64,000 nucleotides of DNA from Reyranella sp. (GCA_019745575.1 JAIETA010000198.1:9031-73030), one strand, 5' to 3'. Counted from the first letter of the stretch, positions 44,912 through 54,556 are shown. Numbers and translations are program-made. The notes: generated by a model not told the origin, from the letters alone.

Positions 44912-45993
44912 CTAGCAGGTGTCCACCGCTGCGACATGACACCATCGTCGACGACGTCGCCATAGCCGTAGTCGTCGTAGGCGAGATCGTAGCGGACCAT
45001 AAGGCGGGCCAGTTCGGGAGCCAGGATCCTGGCCTGCCAGCCCAGTTCGGCCGCTGCCTTCGCGGGGTTCGCGCGCAGCCGTTCGACCTCGAGCGGTCTG
45101 TAGTAGACGGGGTCGACGGCCACCCGGACGTCGCCGCTCCGTGCGTCGCGTCCGACCTCGGCGGAGCCGGAGCCCGACCAGGCGATCTTCACGCCGACGA
45201 CTGCAAAGCAGAGTTCGACGAAGGCCCGCACGCTGTAGGAAACGCCGGTGCCGATGACATAGTCGCCGGGCTTGTCCTGCTGCAGCATGCGCCACATCGC
45301 CTCGACGTACTCGGGGGCGTAACCCCAGTCGCGCTCCGCCGAGAGATTGCCGAGCTTCAACACCGACTGCTCGCCACGCGCGATGCGTGCCACCGCCTGG
45401 GTGATCTTCTTGGTCACGAAGTTGCGGCCGCGGCGGGGCGATTCGTGGTTGAACAGGATGCCGTTGGAGGCGTGAATGCCGTAGGCATCGCGATAGTTGA
45501 CGGTCGTCCAGTAGGCGAACAGTTTGCCCGTCGAATAGGGCGAGCGGGGCGTGAAGGGTGTGTCCTCGTCCTGCGGCTCGGTTCCCGGCAGTCCGCCGTA
45601 GAGCTCGGACGACGATGCTTGATAGAACCGGGCATCGAGTCCGACCTCCCGGATCGCGTTCAGCAGGCGCAACGTCCCCAGCGCGTTGACCTGGGCGGAG
45701 TAGTCGGGAACGCCGAACGAAACGGCGACATGCGACTGTGCGGCGAGGTGATAGACCTCGGTCGGCCGGGTCTTGGCCAGCATCGAGTGCAAGGACGACG
45801 TGTCGACGACATCGCCATAGTGTGTCGTGAACCGCTCATGGAAAAGGATCGGATCGATACGCCTGGAGGTAAAGTCCGAATTGCGCCGGACCAGACCATG
45901 CACGCGATAGCCTTTCTCCAGCAGTAGCTCCGCCAGGTAGGAGCCGTCCTGGCCAGTCACCCCGGTGATGAGCGCGATTTTCTCAGTCGTCAT
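44908..45993 (-). CDS. gmd: GDP-mannose 4,6-dehydratase
   Basis: 361 aa starting at MTTEKIALITGVTGQDGSYLAELLLEKGY. It has HLAAQSHVAVSF, FYQASSSELYG, PRSPYSTGKL and GILFNHESPRRG. It is near-collinear with E. coli Gmd as I recall it. Confidence 0.92.
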   Translation of the reverse strand: MTTEKIALITGVTGQDGSYLAELLLEKGYRVHGLVRRNSDFTSRRIDPILFHERFTTHYGDVVDTSSLHSMLAKTRPTEVYHLAAQSHVAVSFGVPDYSAQVNALGTLRLLNAIREVGLDARFYQASSSELYGGLPGTEPQDEDTPFTPRSPYSTGKLFAYWTTVNYRDAYGIHASNGILFNHESPRRGRNFVTKKITQAVARIARGEQSVLKLGNLSAERDWGYAPEYVEAMWRMLQQDKPGDYVIGTGVSYSVRAFVELCFAVVGVKIAWSGSGSAEVGRDARSGDVRVAVDPVYYRPLEVERLRANPAKAAAELGWQARILAPELARLMVRYDLAYDDYGYGDVVDDGVMSQRWTPAR

Positions 45994-46004
45994 TTGCCTG
46001 TCCG

Positions 46005-46751
46005 TCACCGTCTGATCGCACGCATCCAAACACGCCAGCTGTCACGCGTTGCGGCGGCCGGGAATCGGCGACAGTCCCAGAACTGGACGTTCGAGAATCC
46101 GGCATCTAGGAGCATCCCCTCGAGGTCATGCAGCGGCCAGATATACAGTTTCAGCTCTTCGGCAAAGTGCTCGATTCCGTCACAGCGGCGGATGTCGATG
46201 TCATAGGCAAGCGTGACGGTGTTCAAACCCAGGTCGACGGTCGGCGAAATCTCCTGGCGAATCGCCGTGATTCCGACCGTCTTGTTGCGCGTCTCATGAC
46301 GGGGAGGGTCGCGCACCACCGCATCGCCGTTCCACAAGTCGGTGACGAACCATGCCCCGGGTGCGAGCCGGGCCGCCAGCGCCCCGAGAAACGAGGAGCG
46401 GTGCGTTGGAGCGACGTAGTTCAGTACATGGAAGAAAGCCGCTGCGCCATCGAACTTGTCGTCGTCCAGCTGTTCGATGGGGCGGCTGCCCAGTCGCACG
46501 TTGGTGATGCCGGCTGCTTCGACTTTCTGCCGAGAGAGCTCGGCAAAATCCGGATCGATCTCGAGGCTCACCAGCTCTTTAAGCCGCGGCGCCAGCCGTA
46601 TCGTGTGGCTGCCGGTGCCGGCCCCGATTTCCAGTACACGTTTGTCGGACATATCCCTGTGGCCGCAGAGCGTCGACAACACCTTGAGATCGGCATCGTA
46701 GTCCTTGTCCGAGTAGATCGAATCGTAGTGCCGGGCGAACGGGCGTACCAT
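46005..46751 (-). CDS. Class I SAM methyltransferase resembling TylM1/DesVI aminosugar N,N-dimethyltransferases
   Basis: 248 aa. It has HYDSIYSDKDYDADL (compare the TylM1 YD..Y...KDY..E), VLEIGAGTGSHT, FFHVLNYV, and a C-terminal dimerisation-like region ending LHDLEGMLLDAGF. Confidence 0.55.
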   Translation of the reverse strand: MVRPFARHYDSIYSDKDYDADLKVLSTLCGHRDMSDKRVLEIGAGTGSHTIRLAPRLKELVSLEIDPDFAELSRQKVEAAGITNVRLGSRPIEQLDDDKFDGAAAFFHVLNYVAPTHRSSFLGALAARLAPGAWFVTDLWNGDAVVRDPPRHETRNKTVGITAIRQEISPTVDLGLNTVTLAYDIDIRRCDGIEHFAEELKLYIWPLHDLEGMLLDAGFSNVQFWDCRRFPAAATRDSWRVWMRAIRR

Positions 46752-46756
46752 TGTGT

Positions 46757-47848
46757 CTAGGCCCCGAAGTGGCGCCTTATCACCCCGATGATATCCGCCA
46801 CCTGGGCGTCGGTCACATGTACGTGCACGGGCAGGCAAACGCCCTGGGCGCTCAGGCGCTCCGCCACGGGCAGGGATTGGGCCTGGGGACCACGGAGCTT
46901 CGGCTGAAGGTGCATGGGATAGAAGAAGCCACGGGTTTGAATACCGGCATGTTCGAGTGTCTTTGAGAGGTTCTCGCGATCCGCGGTGACGATCGGGAAC
47001 CTGAACGGAACGATCTCGGAGCCCTTCAGGACTTTCATCAGTCGGATGTCGCCCACCCCCGACAAACCCTCGGAGTAGAGGCGCCACTTCTTGGCTCTGT
47101 CCTCGAGTATTTTCGGCAGCTTTTCCATTTGCGCGACGCCGATCGCGGCTTGAAGGTCGGTAATCCGGAAGTTCATACCGAGCGAGGGGTGGATGAAGGT
47201 TCCGGAGTTCGGCCGTCCCTGATTGCGCAACAATCGGATGCGGTCGGCAATCTCATCGACGTTCGTGACGAGTATGCCACCCTCGCCAGTGGTGATCACC
47301 TTGTCGGAAAACAGAGAGAAGACGCCAATGTCGCCAAACGTCCCGGCCTGCTTGCCGTTGAGTTTGACGGTAAGCGCCTGAGCGGCATCCTCGATGACCT
47401 GGATGCCCTTTCGGCGCGCGACCTCCATGATGCCTTCCATGTCGCAGGCCTGACCGTAGACATGCACGGGCATGAAAGCCTTTGTCCGCGGCCCGATCGC
47501 CGCTTCGAATGCTTCCGGACGGGCGTTGAAGGTCTCGGGGTCGACGTCAATGAAGACAGGTTTGAAGCCCGCATACAGGGAGGCAGTCGCCGAGCCATAG
47601 AACGTAAAGGTTGGAATGACGATCTCGTCGCCATTGTCCGGCTCAAGCGCAAGGGCGGCCAGAAACAAGGCGAGCGTGCCGTTTGGTGCAAAGAAAACAT
47701 GCCGGGCGCCAGTCAGCTCGGCGAGTCTTGCCTGGAAATTCTTGCTGTGCGGCCCCTCGGTGAGCCAACGGCTGTCGATCGAGGTGCCGACGAGGGACTT
47801 TTCAGACTCGCCGATGTAAAGGTCGACTTGCGAAATGCGGTATTCCAT
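46757..47848 (-). CDS. DegT/DnrJ/EryC1/StrS-family PLP-dependent sugar aminotransferase (perosamine-synthase-like)
   Basis: 363 aa. It has APNGTLALFLAL, VIEDAAQAL and the PLP-lysine motif FSLFSDKVITTGEGG. The lysine is present, so it is not a ColD-type dehydratase. Confidence 0.85.
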   Translation of the reverse strand: MEYRISQVDLYIGESEKSLVGTSIDSRWLTEGPHSKNFQARLAELTGARHVFFAPNGTLALFLAALALEPDNGDEIVIPTFTFYGSATASLYAGFKPVFIDVDPETFNARPEAFEAAIGPRTKAFMPVHVYGQACDMEGIMEVARRKGIQVIEDAAQALTVKLNGKQAGTFGDIGVFSLFSDKVITTGEGGILVTNVDEIADRIRLLRNQGRPNSGTFIHPSLGMNFRITDLQAAIGVAQMEKLPKILEDRAKKWRLYSEGLSGVGDIRLMKVLKGSEIVPFRFPIVTADRENLSKTLEHAGIQTRGFFYPMHLQPKLRGPQAQSLPVAERLSAQGVCLPVHVHVTDAQVADIIGVIRRHFGA

Positions 47849-48180
47849 AGCTTCCTACATAGCAGTGCGATAGCCGCGGGGCACCTTTGTTGTGGTAAGT
47901 GAACTGCCGTCGGCAACCGATGAGGGCTCCGACCGTGACGATTGTCGGAGTATTGCGCGTGCCCGATTTTTCATGGCTGCGGCTTGACGTATCCATGAGC
48001 GTAAGTTAGCGGGTCGCTCGATTGCGGTAGTTATTCAGGTCTTGCCCTCGGCGATCTGCGCAGTCGGCGGATGCCGGACCGGTGCAGCAAGGGCAGCGCC
48101 GAGGAGCTGGATCGGATCGGCGTGGCTTGGCGGCACGGCGAAGTCGGCCAAACGGGAGCTTGCGTGTGAACGATCAGGGG

Positions 48181-49299
48181 ATGGTGGGGCGGCTCTTCTT
48201 GGGTTTGCGGGAAGCGTGGCGTCTGCGCGATCACCGGTCTCCTCTCCCCGCCGGCGGCATTGCATCGGATGTCGACCGCTCCGTTCTGTTGTATTTGCGT
48301 GGCCGGTCGATCGCCCGGGCCGGCGCATTCGAAATGGCGGCAAGGTTGTACCAGGACGCCGTGGCGCTGGAGCCGAGGTTCGCGGAGGCGCTCGAGCGTA
48401 GTGGGGAGATGCTCGACGTCACCGGCCAGGAGTCGCTCGCCCGGGAGAAATACGAAACTGCCCGAAAGATACGGGCCGGCATTCGGCCGGGGCCGCCGGA
48501 TCGCCATTTCGTGCTTCGCCAGCGCGGCCATTTCGTTGCCGAGATCATGGCATACGATGCGGTTCTGAAGTCCCTGAAGAAGAACACGCTGCCCTACCTT
48601 GCCCGCGGCAACGCCTATCTGGCGGCGGGTCGGCCGGAGAAAGCCCTGGAAGACTATGACCGTGCGCTTCGTCTAAAGCGCAAGCTGCCGGAGGCGCTTG
48701 CCCTGAAAGGCGAGGCCTTTTCCATGATGGGGCGCCACGGCGAAGCGATCCGCATGTTCGACGCAGCCCTTGCCGCGCGGCCGGATGATCCTGAGGTCCT
48801 GAACGGCCGCGGCATCGCGCGGATGGCGATGGGCTCCGTCGACGGGGCCAACGACGATTGGCGGCGGCAGTTACGTCTCCTGAAGACGAACGCGATCGCG
48901 CGGGCATGCGTGGCCTTGCGCATGGCCGACTACGGCTCGGCGCTCCCGCTGCTGGATGACGCCGTATTGAAGGAGCCGACAGATCCCTATTGGCAGCTCT
49001 ACCGCCTGACGGCTCTGTGCCGGCTCGGCCGGTCAGCGGCGGCGACGCGGAAGTTCGACTCAACCGCCTGGCCGCGGCCGCTGCTCGACTTTCATGACGG
49101 CCGCTCGGGCGAAGCCGAAGTGATGGCCCAGGCCGACACCGCCGGGCGCCGCGCGGAAGCCTTGTTCCAGTTTGGCGTCGTTGCATTTGCCGGCGATCGC
49201 AAGGCGGCGGCAAGCCGCTGGCAGCAGGTCGTCGATCACGCCACCCCATCCCTGATCGAGTATGCCGCCGCACGCAACGAATTGTCGCGCCTCGCTTGA
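48181..49299 (+). CDS. Tetratricopeptide-repeat (TPR) protein
   Basis: 372 aa starting at MVGRLFLG. It has repeated A..Y..AL...P......G motifs, for example ARGNAYLAAGRPEKALEDYDRALRLKRKLPEALALKGEAF. Confidence 0.7.
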   Translation: MVGRLFLGLREAWRLRDHRSPLPAGGIASDVDRSVLLYLRGRSIARAGAFEMAARLYQDAVALEPRFAEALERSGEMLDVTGQESLAREKYETARKIRAGIRPGPPDRHFVLRQRGHFVAEIMAYDAVLKSLKKNTLPYLARGNAYLAAGRPEKALEDYDRALRLKRKLPEALALKGEAFSMMGRHGEAIRMFDAALAARPDDPEVLNGRGIARMAMGSVDGANDDWRRQLRLLKTNAIARACVALRMADYGSALPLLDDAVLKEPTDPYWQLYRLTALCRLGRSAAATRKFDSTAWPRPLLDFHDGRSGEAEVMAQADTAGRRAEALFQFGVVAFAGDRKAAASRWQQVVDHATPSLIEYAAARNELSRLA

Positions 49300-49326
49300 T
49301 AGACGGGGCAGCAACGCGAGGAGCCA

Positions 49327-50904
49327 ATGTTTTCCGTCATTCTCTACGGCCGCAACGACAGCCACGGCTACAACCTGCACAAACGTGCGGCCATCAGCTT
49401 CAACGCCATCGCGGAGGTCATGTCCGATCCGGACGACGAAATTCTGTTCGTCGACTACAACACACCGGACGATCATCCGACATTTCCCGAGGCTATCCAT
49501 GACACGCTGACCGAGAAGGCAAAGAAGGTACTCCGGGTCTTTCGCGTTCGGCCGGAGCAGCACGTTCACCTGAGGTCGAAGACGCACCTCGTCGCCCTCG
49601 AGGCGCAGTCTCGCAACATCGCGCTGCGGCGATCAAACCCGAACAATCGCTGGATCCTCTATACCAACACCGACATGCTGCTGGTGCCGCGCACCGAAGG
49701 CGAGTCGCTCAGCGAGATTCTCGGGGCCGTGCCGGACGGTTTCTACCAGATCCCGCGCTTTGAACTGCCCGAGATGCTGTGGGAGGCGGCCTTCGACCGC
49801 CGTGACCCAGTCGGCAATCTCGTCAAGTTGCGCGAGTGGGCCGTGCGCTTTCATCTCAACCAGGTCGTGCATAACTTCATGCCGATGAAGTATGACGCGC
49901 TGGGCGATTTCCAGGCAGCGCTGCGTGAGGACATGTTTGCGATCCATGGCTTCGACGAGGACATGTTGCTGGGCTGGCATTGCGACTCGAATCTCGCGGC
50001 CCGGCTCGCGCTCTACCGCGGACGGGTCGAGACTCTGATCGACAAAGTGTTCGGCTATCACTGCGACCACACCCGCGTCGCGGCAGCCAACAACAAGGGC
50101 CGGCAGACCAAGATGAACGACCAGAACCGTTTCATCTGGGATGTTTCGTCGCCCTATCTTCCGGCACAGGCCGATACCTGGGGCTGGCCCGACATCGAGA
50201 TCGAAGAGGTCCGCCTGGATCGCGACACGTCTTACGAGCGCTACACCGCCGGGCTCAGCGTGGCGATCGAGCCGGCGACCGAAGCGTATCGGACGACCAG
50301 CCTGGAGTGGCAGCTCTACTCCGATCTCAGCTACGACCTGCCGCACACACTGCCGTTCGTTTGCGATCAGGTCCTGACCTATCCGCGAACGACGGCCGTC
50401 ATGCTCGTGGCGGCGCGCGCCGAGTTCGTCACCCGGTTCGCCAAGGCCTGGCGCGGCATGGGATTCACCGGACCGATACTCCTGCCGACCGAATGTGAGG
50501 GGTTGCCGACCGACTTGCCCGGGATCGAGGCAGGGGCCTTTGCGGACCTCGTCCGAAGGACCGAGTTGTTCATCTTCGAGTTCGGCCTCGCGACGCAGAG
50601 ACCGGAGGAGCCTGTGCGGACCGGGCGGATGCCGGGTCCCCGCGACAGCAGGGTCCTGAAGGTCATCGGCCGGCTCTTTGCCACCGCAGCCGCCACGGAG
50701 GCCGAAACCCGCCCTTCCGGCCGTCGGTTGCCGCGACGATTCATCGGCGTCAACGTCATCTACAACAAGTTCTGGCCGCTGTTCACCGACTACGTCGGCG
50801 CGAACATAAACCCCTTCTGCAGCCAGGTGCTCGCCGGCATTCCGAGGCAGGATTCATCCGTGAAGGGCAAGATCCTGAAGTTCCGCGGGCGCCACTCGAT
50901 CTGA
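49327..50904 (+). CDS. Hypothetical protein, divergent GT-A (GT2-like) N-domain + unknown C-terminal half
   Basis: 525 aa. FSVILYGRNDSHGYNL, ILFVDYNTPDDHP, ILYTNTDML and GDFQAALREDMFAIHGFDEDML..HCDSN...GYHCDHT align with 43239..44363. Confidence 0.45.
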   Translation: MFSVILYGRNDSHGYNLHKRAAISFNAIAEVMSDPDDEILFVDYNTPDDHPTFPEAIHDTLTEKAKKVLRVFRVRPEQHVHLRSKTHLVALEAQSRNIALRRSNPNNRWILYTNTDMLLVPRTEGESLSEILGAVPDGFYQIPRFELPEMLWEAAFDRRDPVGNLVKLREWAVRFHLNQVVHNFMPMKYDALGDFQAALREDMFAIHGFDEDMLLGWHCDSNLAARLALYRGRVETLIDKVFGYHCDHTRVAAANNKGRQTKMNDQNRFIWDVSSPYLPAQADTWGWPDIEIEEVRLDRDTSYERYTAGLSVAIEPATEAYRTTSLEWQLYSDLSYDLPHTLPFVCDQVLTYPRTTAVMLVAARAEFVTRFAKAWRGMGFTGPILLPTECEGLPTDLPGIEAGAFADLVRRTELFIFEFGLATQRPEEPVRTGRMPGPRDSRVLKVIGRLFATAAATEAETRPSGRRLPRRFIGVNVIYNKFWPLFTDYVGANINPFCSQVLAGIPRQDSSVKGKILKFRGRHSI

Positions 50905-50907
50905 CCG

Positions 50908-52023
50908 TCAGGTCGAGATGGATTCCGGATCCACGAGTGCCTTGAACGCCGCGGCAAGTCGCCGCCGGGCCGCGGGCGGGGCCGGCGGCAGCCACGGCGG
51001 GGGATAGAAACCGGGCGCGCCGGCTTCGAACGCGGCGATGTAGTCCCGGTAGGGCAAGGCCGCCACGGCACCTGTCTGGGCTTGGGCCTGCCCGGCGAGA
51101 AGTTCGATTCCCATGTCGACATCGAACGCGCTGGTCAGCTTGTCGCGGAAGGCGAGAAGGATTTCGGCCGCGGCGTCGGGCTGGCTCCATACCGAAAAGA
51201 CCACGGCAAGCTTTGCAAGTTTTTCCGGGCTCATCGCCGAGCCCAAAGTCGGCCAATCCGGACCGGCCGGATCGCGCGCATAAAACGCCTCCGCCTGAAA
51301 TGGACGACCGGTGACCGATTGCGCCGGCGAGGTGATGGCGAAAGGCGAGGGCAGGGCTGCCATCGCGTAGTTGCGGACGTCGAGGGCGAACAGCTCGAAG
51401 CCGCGCGCGCGCATGAAGCGGTCGGTATTGTGGAAGGTGTGCTCCCAGGGGTCGGAGCCGCCGTTCAGATTGACCTCGAGGCGCGCCGCGAGCAGCCCCA
51501 GGCTGTCGAACTGGCCGTCGAACGAGTGCAGGACCTCGAAATCGGGGCCGTCGATGTCGATCTTGATCAGATCGACATCCGACCAGCCGAGTTCCTTCAA
51601 GACGGCCGGTACGACCACCACCTTGTCGGGGTCGGCCAGCTTGGTCATGCCCCAGGCATTGTGCAGCAGCTTTTCCTCGAGGGAGGCCGATTTCAGGCGC
51701 TCGCGCTGCAACTCTGCCACTCGGCCGGCGCTGGTTCGGGCAAAGACGTTGCGGACGTAGCGCTGCTTTCCGGCCACCTGGGCGGCAAACGGATGATCCG
51801 GCTGAATGCCGACAAATCCCGCGATATACCTGATATCGGGATGCGCTTCGGCGGCCGTCAGACGCTCGCACTCATCGACACTGGCGTCGAAGGCGAGTGT
51901 TCTCAACCGGTCGCCAAACACCCGCCAGGCCGGGTCGATGCCTCCGGAGCAGCCTACATCGATGAAGGTGAATCTCTCGGTTTTGAGGCTACTCGCGACA
52001 AAAGCGGCAAACGCTGTAGTCAT
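50908..52023 (-). CDS. FkbM-family SAM-dependent methyltransferase with C-terminal extension
   Basis: 371 aa. It has FTFIDVGCSGGID and VDLIKIDIDGPDFEVL. Confidence 0.65.
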   Translation of the reverse strand: MTTAFAAFVASSLKTERFTFIDVGCSGGIDPAWRVFGDRLRTLAFDASVDECERLTAAEAHPDIRYIAGFVGIQPDHPFAAQVAGKQRYVRNVFARTSAGRVAELQRERLKSASLEEKLLHNAWGMTKLADPDKVVVVPAVLKELGWSDVDLIKIDIDGPDFEVLHSFDGQFDSLGLLAARLEVNLNGGSDPWEHTFHNTDRFMRARGFELFALDVRNYAMAALPSPFAITSPAQSVTGRPFQAEAFYARDPAGPDWPTLGSAMSPEKLAKLAVVFSVWSQPDAAAEILLAFRDKLTSAFDVDMGIELLAGQAQAQTGAVAALPYRDYIAAFEAGAPGFYPPPWLPPAPPAARRRLAAAFKALVDPESIST

Positions 52024-52206
52024 CGGGTGACATAGATATCGGCCCGACCCGAGAGCGTCAAATCGGTCGCTGTATGATTTTGCAGCTGCGAACCAGCGAG
52101 AATCGCACGATGCCCTGCGCGCAGTAGAACGAGATCAGCAGCTGTTGGACCGTCTGGGAGAAAAGACTTGGTTGCTTTTGCGAGCCTATTGCGGGAGCAT
52201 TAAACT

Positions 52207-52461
52207 ATGAAAGCCCCAAGCGTCATCGGCCGAGGTTTCCTTCGATCTCCGAATCGCTTGCATGTCTGGACCGCGGGCGAGCAGGAGGCGTTGCAGGCAG
52301 GCCTTAACAGGTTGATCGACAAGCACGGTCTTGGCGTCGGCAGGATCGTGGTCGACGGCGCCGACGTGGTGATCCAGATATCAGGAGGCTTGGAGCCGGG
52401 GGAAGTAGCAATACTGCTGCGGTGGCTGGAGGCGGAAACCGCGCGGATCGAGGCGAGTTAG
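52207..52461 (+). CDS. Hypothetical 84-aa protein
   Basis: It is an isolated ORF in an otherwise gene-poor 0.85-kb spacer. I recognise no motif, and coding status is uncertain. Confidence 0.25.
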   Translation: MKAPSVIGRGFLRSPNRLHVWTAGEQEALQAGLNRLIDKHGLGVGRIVVDGADVVIQISGGLEPGEVAILLRWLEAETARIEAS

Positions 52462-52573
52462 GGTCTGGACTCAATTCAACCCAACTCGTTGTTCGATTCG
52501 AATCTGCTCCGCGTCCTCAGTAAGCAGAATGGGTCGATTTCAATGAGTTTGCGTCAATTGCGTACAGACCCTA
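52459..52573. repeat. About 115-bp imperfect palindromic element (MITE/RIME-like) with 19-bp terminal inverted repeats
   Basis: The left end is TAGGGTCTGgACtCAATT. The reverse complement of the right end is TAGGGTCTGtACgCAATT. The internal arms are also partly complementary (CAACTCGTTG/CAAACTCATTG, TCTGC...GCAGA). Confidence 0.5.
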
Positions 52574-52869
52574 GCGCTTTTGCGGGCTCGGCATGAAACA
52601 GTAGACCGTGCCGAATTTTTCTCCCTTGGCTTCATTTCACGCGGGGCACTGCATGAATAATCGCCGTAGGTAGCCATGTCCGCTTCGGGGAGGCTCGGTC
52701 GTCCTGCATTCGGCTTGGGACATGCCGGCGGAGACTCGAATCATCGGAGACAGGTCGCCATTCCAGTGGAGCGCACGCGTCGGCTCCTGCGACCATAGCT
52801 CAGGCCAGTTGCACGCTCAATCTGCCTGTGCGACTGCCTTAGTGGCGGACACATGCTTGGACGGTGGTT

Positions 52870-53652
52870 ATGACCGGAATTCTGATCAACATACCCATCC
52901 TGAACGAAGTCGATAACATTCGGGCGCTCACGGAGCGCGTCCAGAAGCAGGTGGCCGGCAAGAACTATACCCTTCTGTACGTCGATGACGGCAGCACCGA
53001 TGGCACGCTGGAGATCATCGGCGAACTCCAGGGACAAGATCCGAAAATCCAGGTCCTTCATCGCACCAAGACCAGGGCGGGCTGCCAGCGGGGTGGCGCA
53101 TTGTTCGATGGCATGGTGTGGGGTCTGGAGAACACCACTCACGACATCTTCGTCGAGATGGATGGCGATCTGTCACACCTGCCGGAAGAACTCCCCATCG
53201 GCATCGCCCTGATGCGGAGGCCGGACGTCGATTTCGTGATCGGCTCCAAGTATCTTGCCACCTCGGCCACCAGGGAGCGCGAGTTCTGGCGGCAGATCAT
53301 GAGCAAGGTGATGAACTTCACGGTTCGCATCATGATGCAGAAGGAAATCTCGGACTATAGCAACGGCTACCGGTTCTACTCCCGGGACGTCGCCAAGAGC
53401 ATCGCCGCGCGCAAGATCAGATACACGAGTCCCATTTACCTGAGCGAAGTTCTGGCGATCGTGCTCACCGACAATTTCCAGATCGCCGAATATTCCTCGA
53501 CCTACCTCGGCCGCATCCAGGGCTCGTCCAAGGTCAAGCTGGCGGACATCGTCGAGGGCGGCATGGCGTTGCTCGATATCTCCTATCGCTACCATATCGG
53601 CAGGTTCGCCCTTGCCGGCGGTGCGGCCGATGCGCCTTTGACAGCCGGATGA
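52870..53652 (+). CDS. GT2 polyprenyl-phosphate glycosyltransferase (Dpm1/Ppm1/ArnC/GtrB-like)
   Basis: About 260 aa. It has INIPILNE, LLYVDDGSTDGT and FVEMDGDLSH (the DxD). The soluble DPM1-like length, without C-terminal TM helices, fits this family. Confidence 0.75.
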   Translation: MTGILINIPILNEVDNIRALTERVQKQVAGKNYTLLYVDDGSTDGTLEIIGELQGQDPKIQVLHRTKTRAGCQRGGALFDGMVWGLENTTHDIFVEMDGDLSHLPEELPIGIALMRRPDVDFVIGSKYLATSATREREFWRQIMSKVMNFTVRIMMQKEISDYSNGYRFYSRDVAKSIAARKIRYTSPIYLSEVLAIVLTDNFQIAEYSSTYLGRIQGSSKVKLADIVEGGMALLDISYRYHIGRFALAGGAADAPLTAG

Positions 53653-53674
53653 TCTGCTTCTGGGTGGGCGCGAC

Positions 53675-54556
53675 ATGATCGTTGCCGAAGACGCATTGTG
53701 CCTTGCCTGCGGCGGCGCGCTGGACGCGTCCCGCAAGGTCGTGCGGCTGCGTGGCGCGCACCTGGTTTCGTGCCGCCAATGCCGAAGCTGGAACTACTTC
53801 CCGCGGGCAAGCGCCACGGGCCAGATTGCGCTTCACGACGACGACGACTACTTCACGCATCCCTACTTCGAGAACCGGCAGGCGCAACAGGCGCGGGTCG
53901 ACGTGCGCTGCCGCGACTTGTTCACGACGCTCGCGGGCGTCCCGCAGGCCCCGAATCCGCGCGGCGCGCGCGTGCTCGACATCGGCTGTGGCGGTGGCGA
54001 GCTGCTCGACTCTGCGCGGCGCCAATTCGGCATCGATCCGACCGGGCTCGACGTGGCGCGCTACGCGGTAAAACAGCTCGAGGCGAAGGGCATTCCCGCC
54101 GTTCATGGCGTGCTGGGAGACCTTCCGGCCGCCTCCCGGTTCGATATCATCCTCGCCATCGACGTCATCGAGCACGTGCTCGATCCGTCCGCCTTCATTG
54201 CCGATATCGCAGCGCGCCTCGCGCCGGGTGGAATGGCGTTTCTTGAAACGCCCAACCATTTCTCAATCGTCTATGGCGTCGGCCGACTGATCGCCAATGC
54301 CACCGGAGGCTGGCCACCAAGGGCGCTCGAGCGGCTTTTCCCGCCGCATCATGTGATTTACTTGTCCCGCGCTGCCTTGACGCAGGCGGTGGCGGCGTCC
54401 GGTCTCGAACTGGTTCGGTTTTACAGTCGCACCCTCCAGATGCTAGATATAGGGGGCTCCAATGTCCTGCGCGCGGGTTTGGGCAGTCTGCAACTGTTCG
54501 ATCACCTGACGGGTCAGCGAGCCCTCAATTGCATGTTGCTCAGAAAGATCGACTAA
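53675..54556 (+). CDS. Class I SAM-dependent methyltransferase with N-terminal CxxC...CxxC zinc-ribbon-like motif
   Basis: 293 aa. It has CLACGG...CRQCRSW, then VLDIGCGGGELL, FDIILAIDVIEHV and LAPGGMAFLETP. Confidence 0.75.
   Translation: MIVAEDALCLACGGALDASRKVVRLRGAHLVSCRQCRSWNYFPRASATGQIALHDDDDYFTHPYFENRQAQQARVDVRCRDLFTTLAGVPQAPNPRGARVLDIGCGGGELLDSARRQFGIDPTGLDVARYAVKQLEAKGIPAVHGVLGDLPAASRFDIILAIDVIEHVLDPSAFIADIAARLAPGGMAFLETPNHFSIVYGVGRLIANATGGWPPRALERLFPPHHVIYLSRAALTQAVAASGLELVRFYSRTLQMLDIGGSNVLRAGLGSLQLFDHLTGQRALNCMLLRKID

Noticed and set aside
47849-48180. The 330-bp lower-GC divergent region between the sugar operon and the TPR gene, considered as a mobile-element scar.
   Set aside because: It contains only a short 7-bp stem-loop (about 47927-47950) and no terminal repeats or ORF remnants that I could see. 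It is most simply a divergent promoter region.
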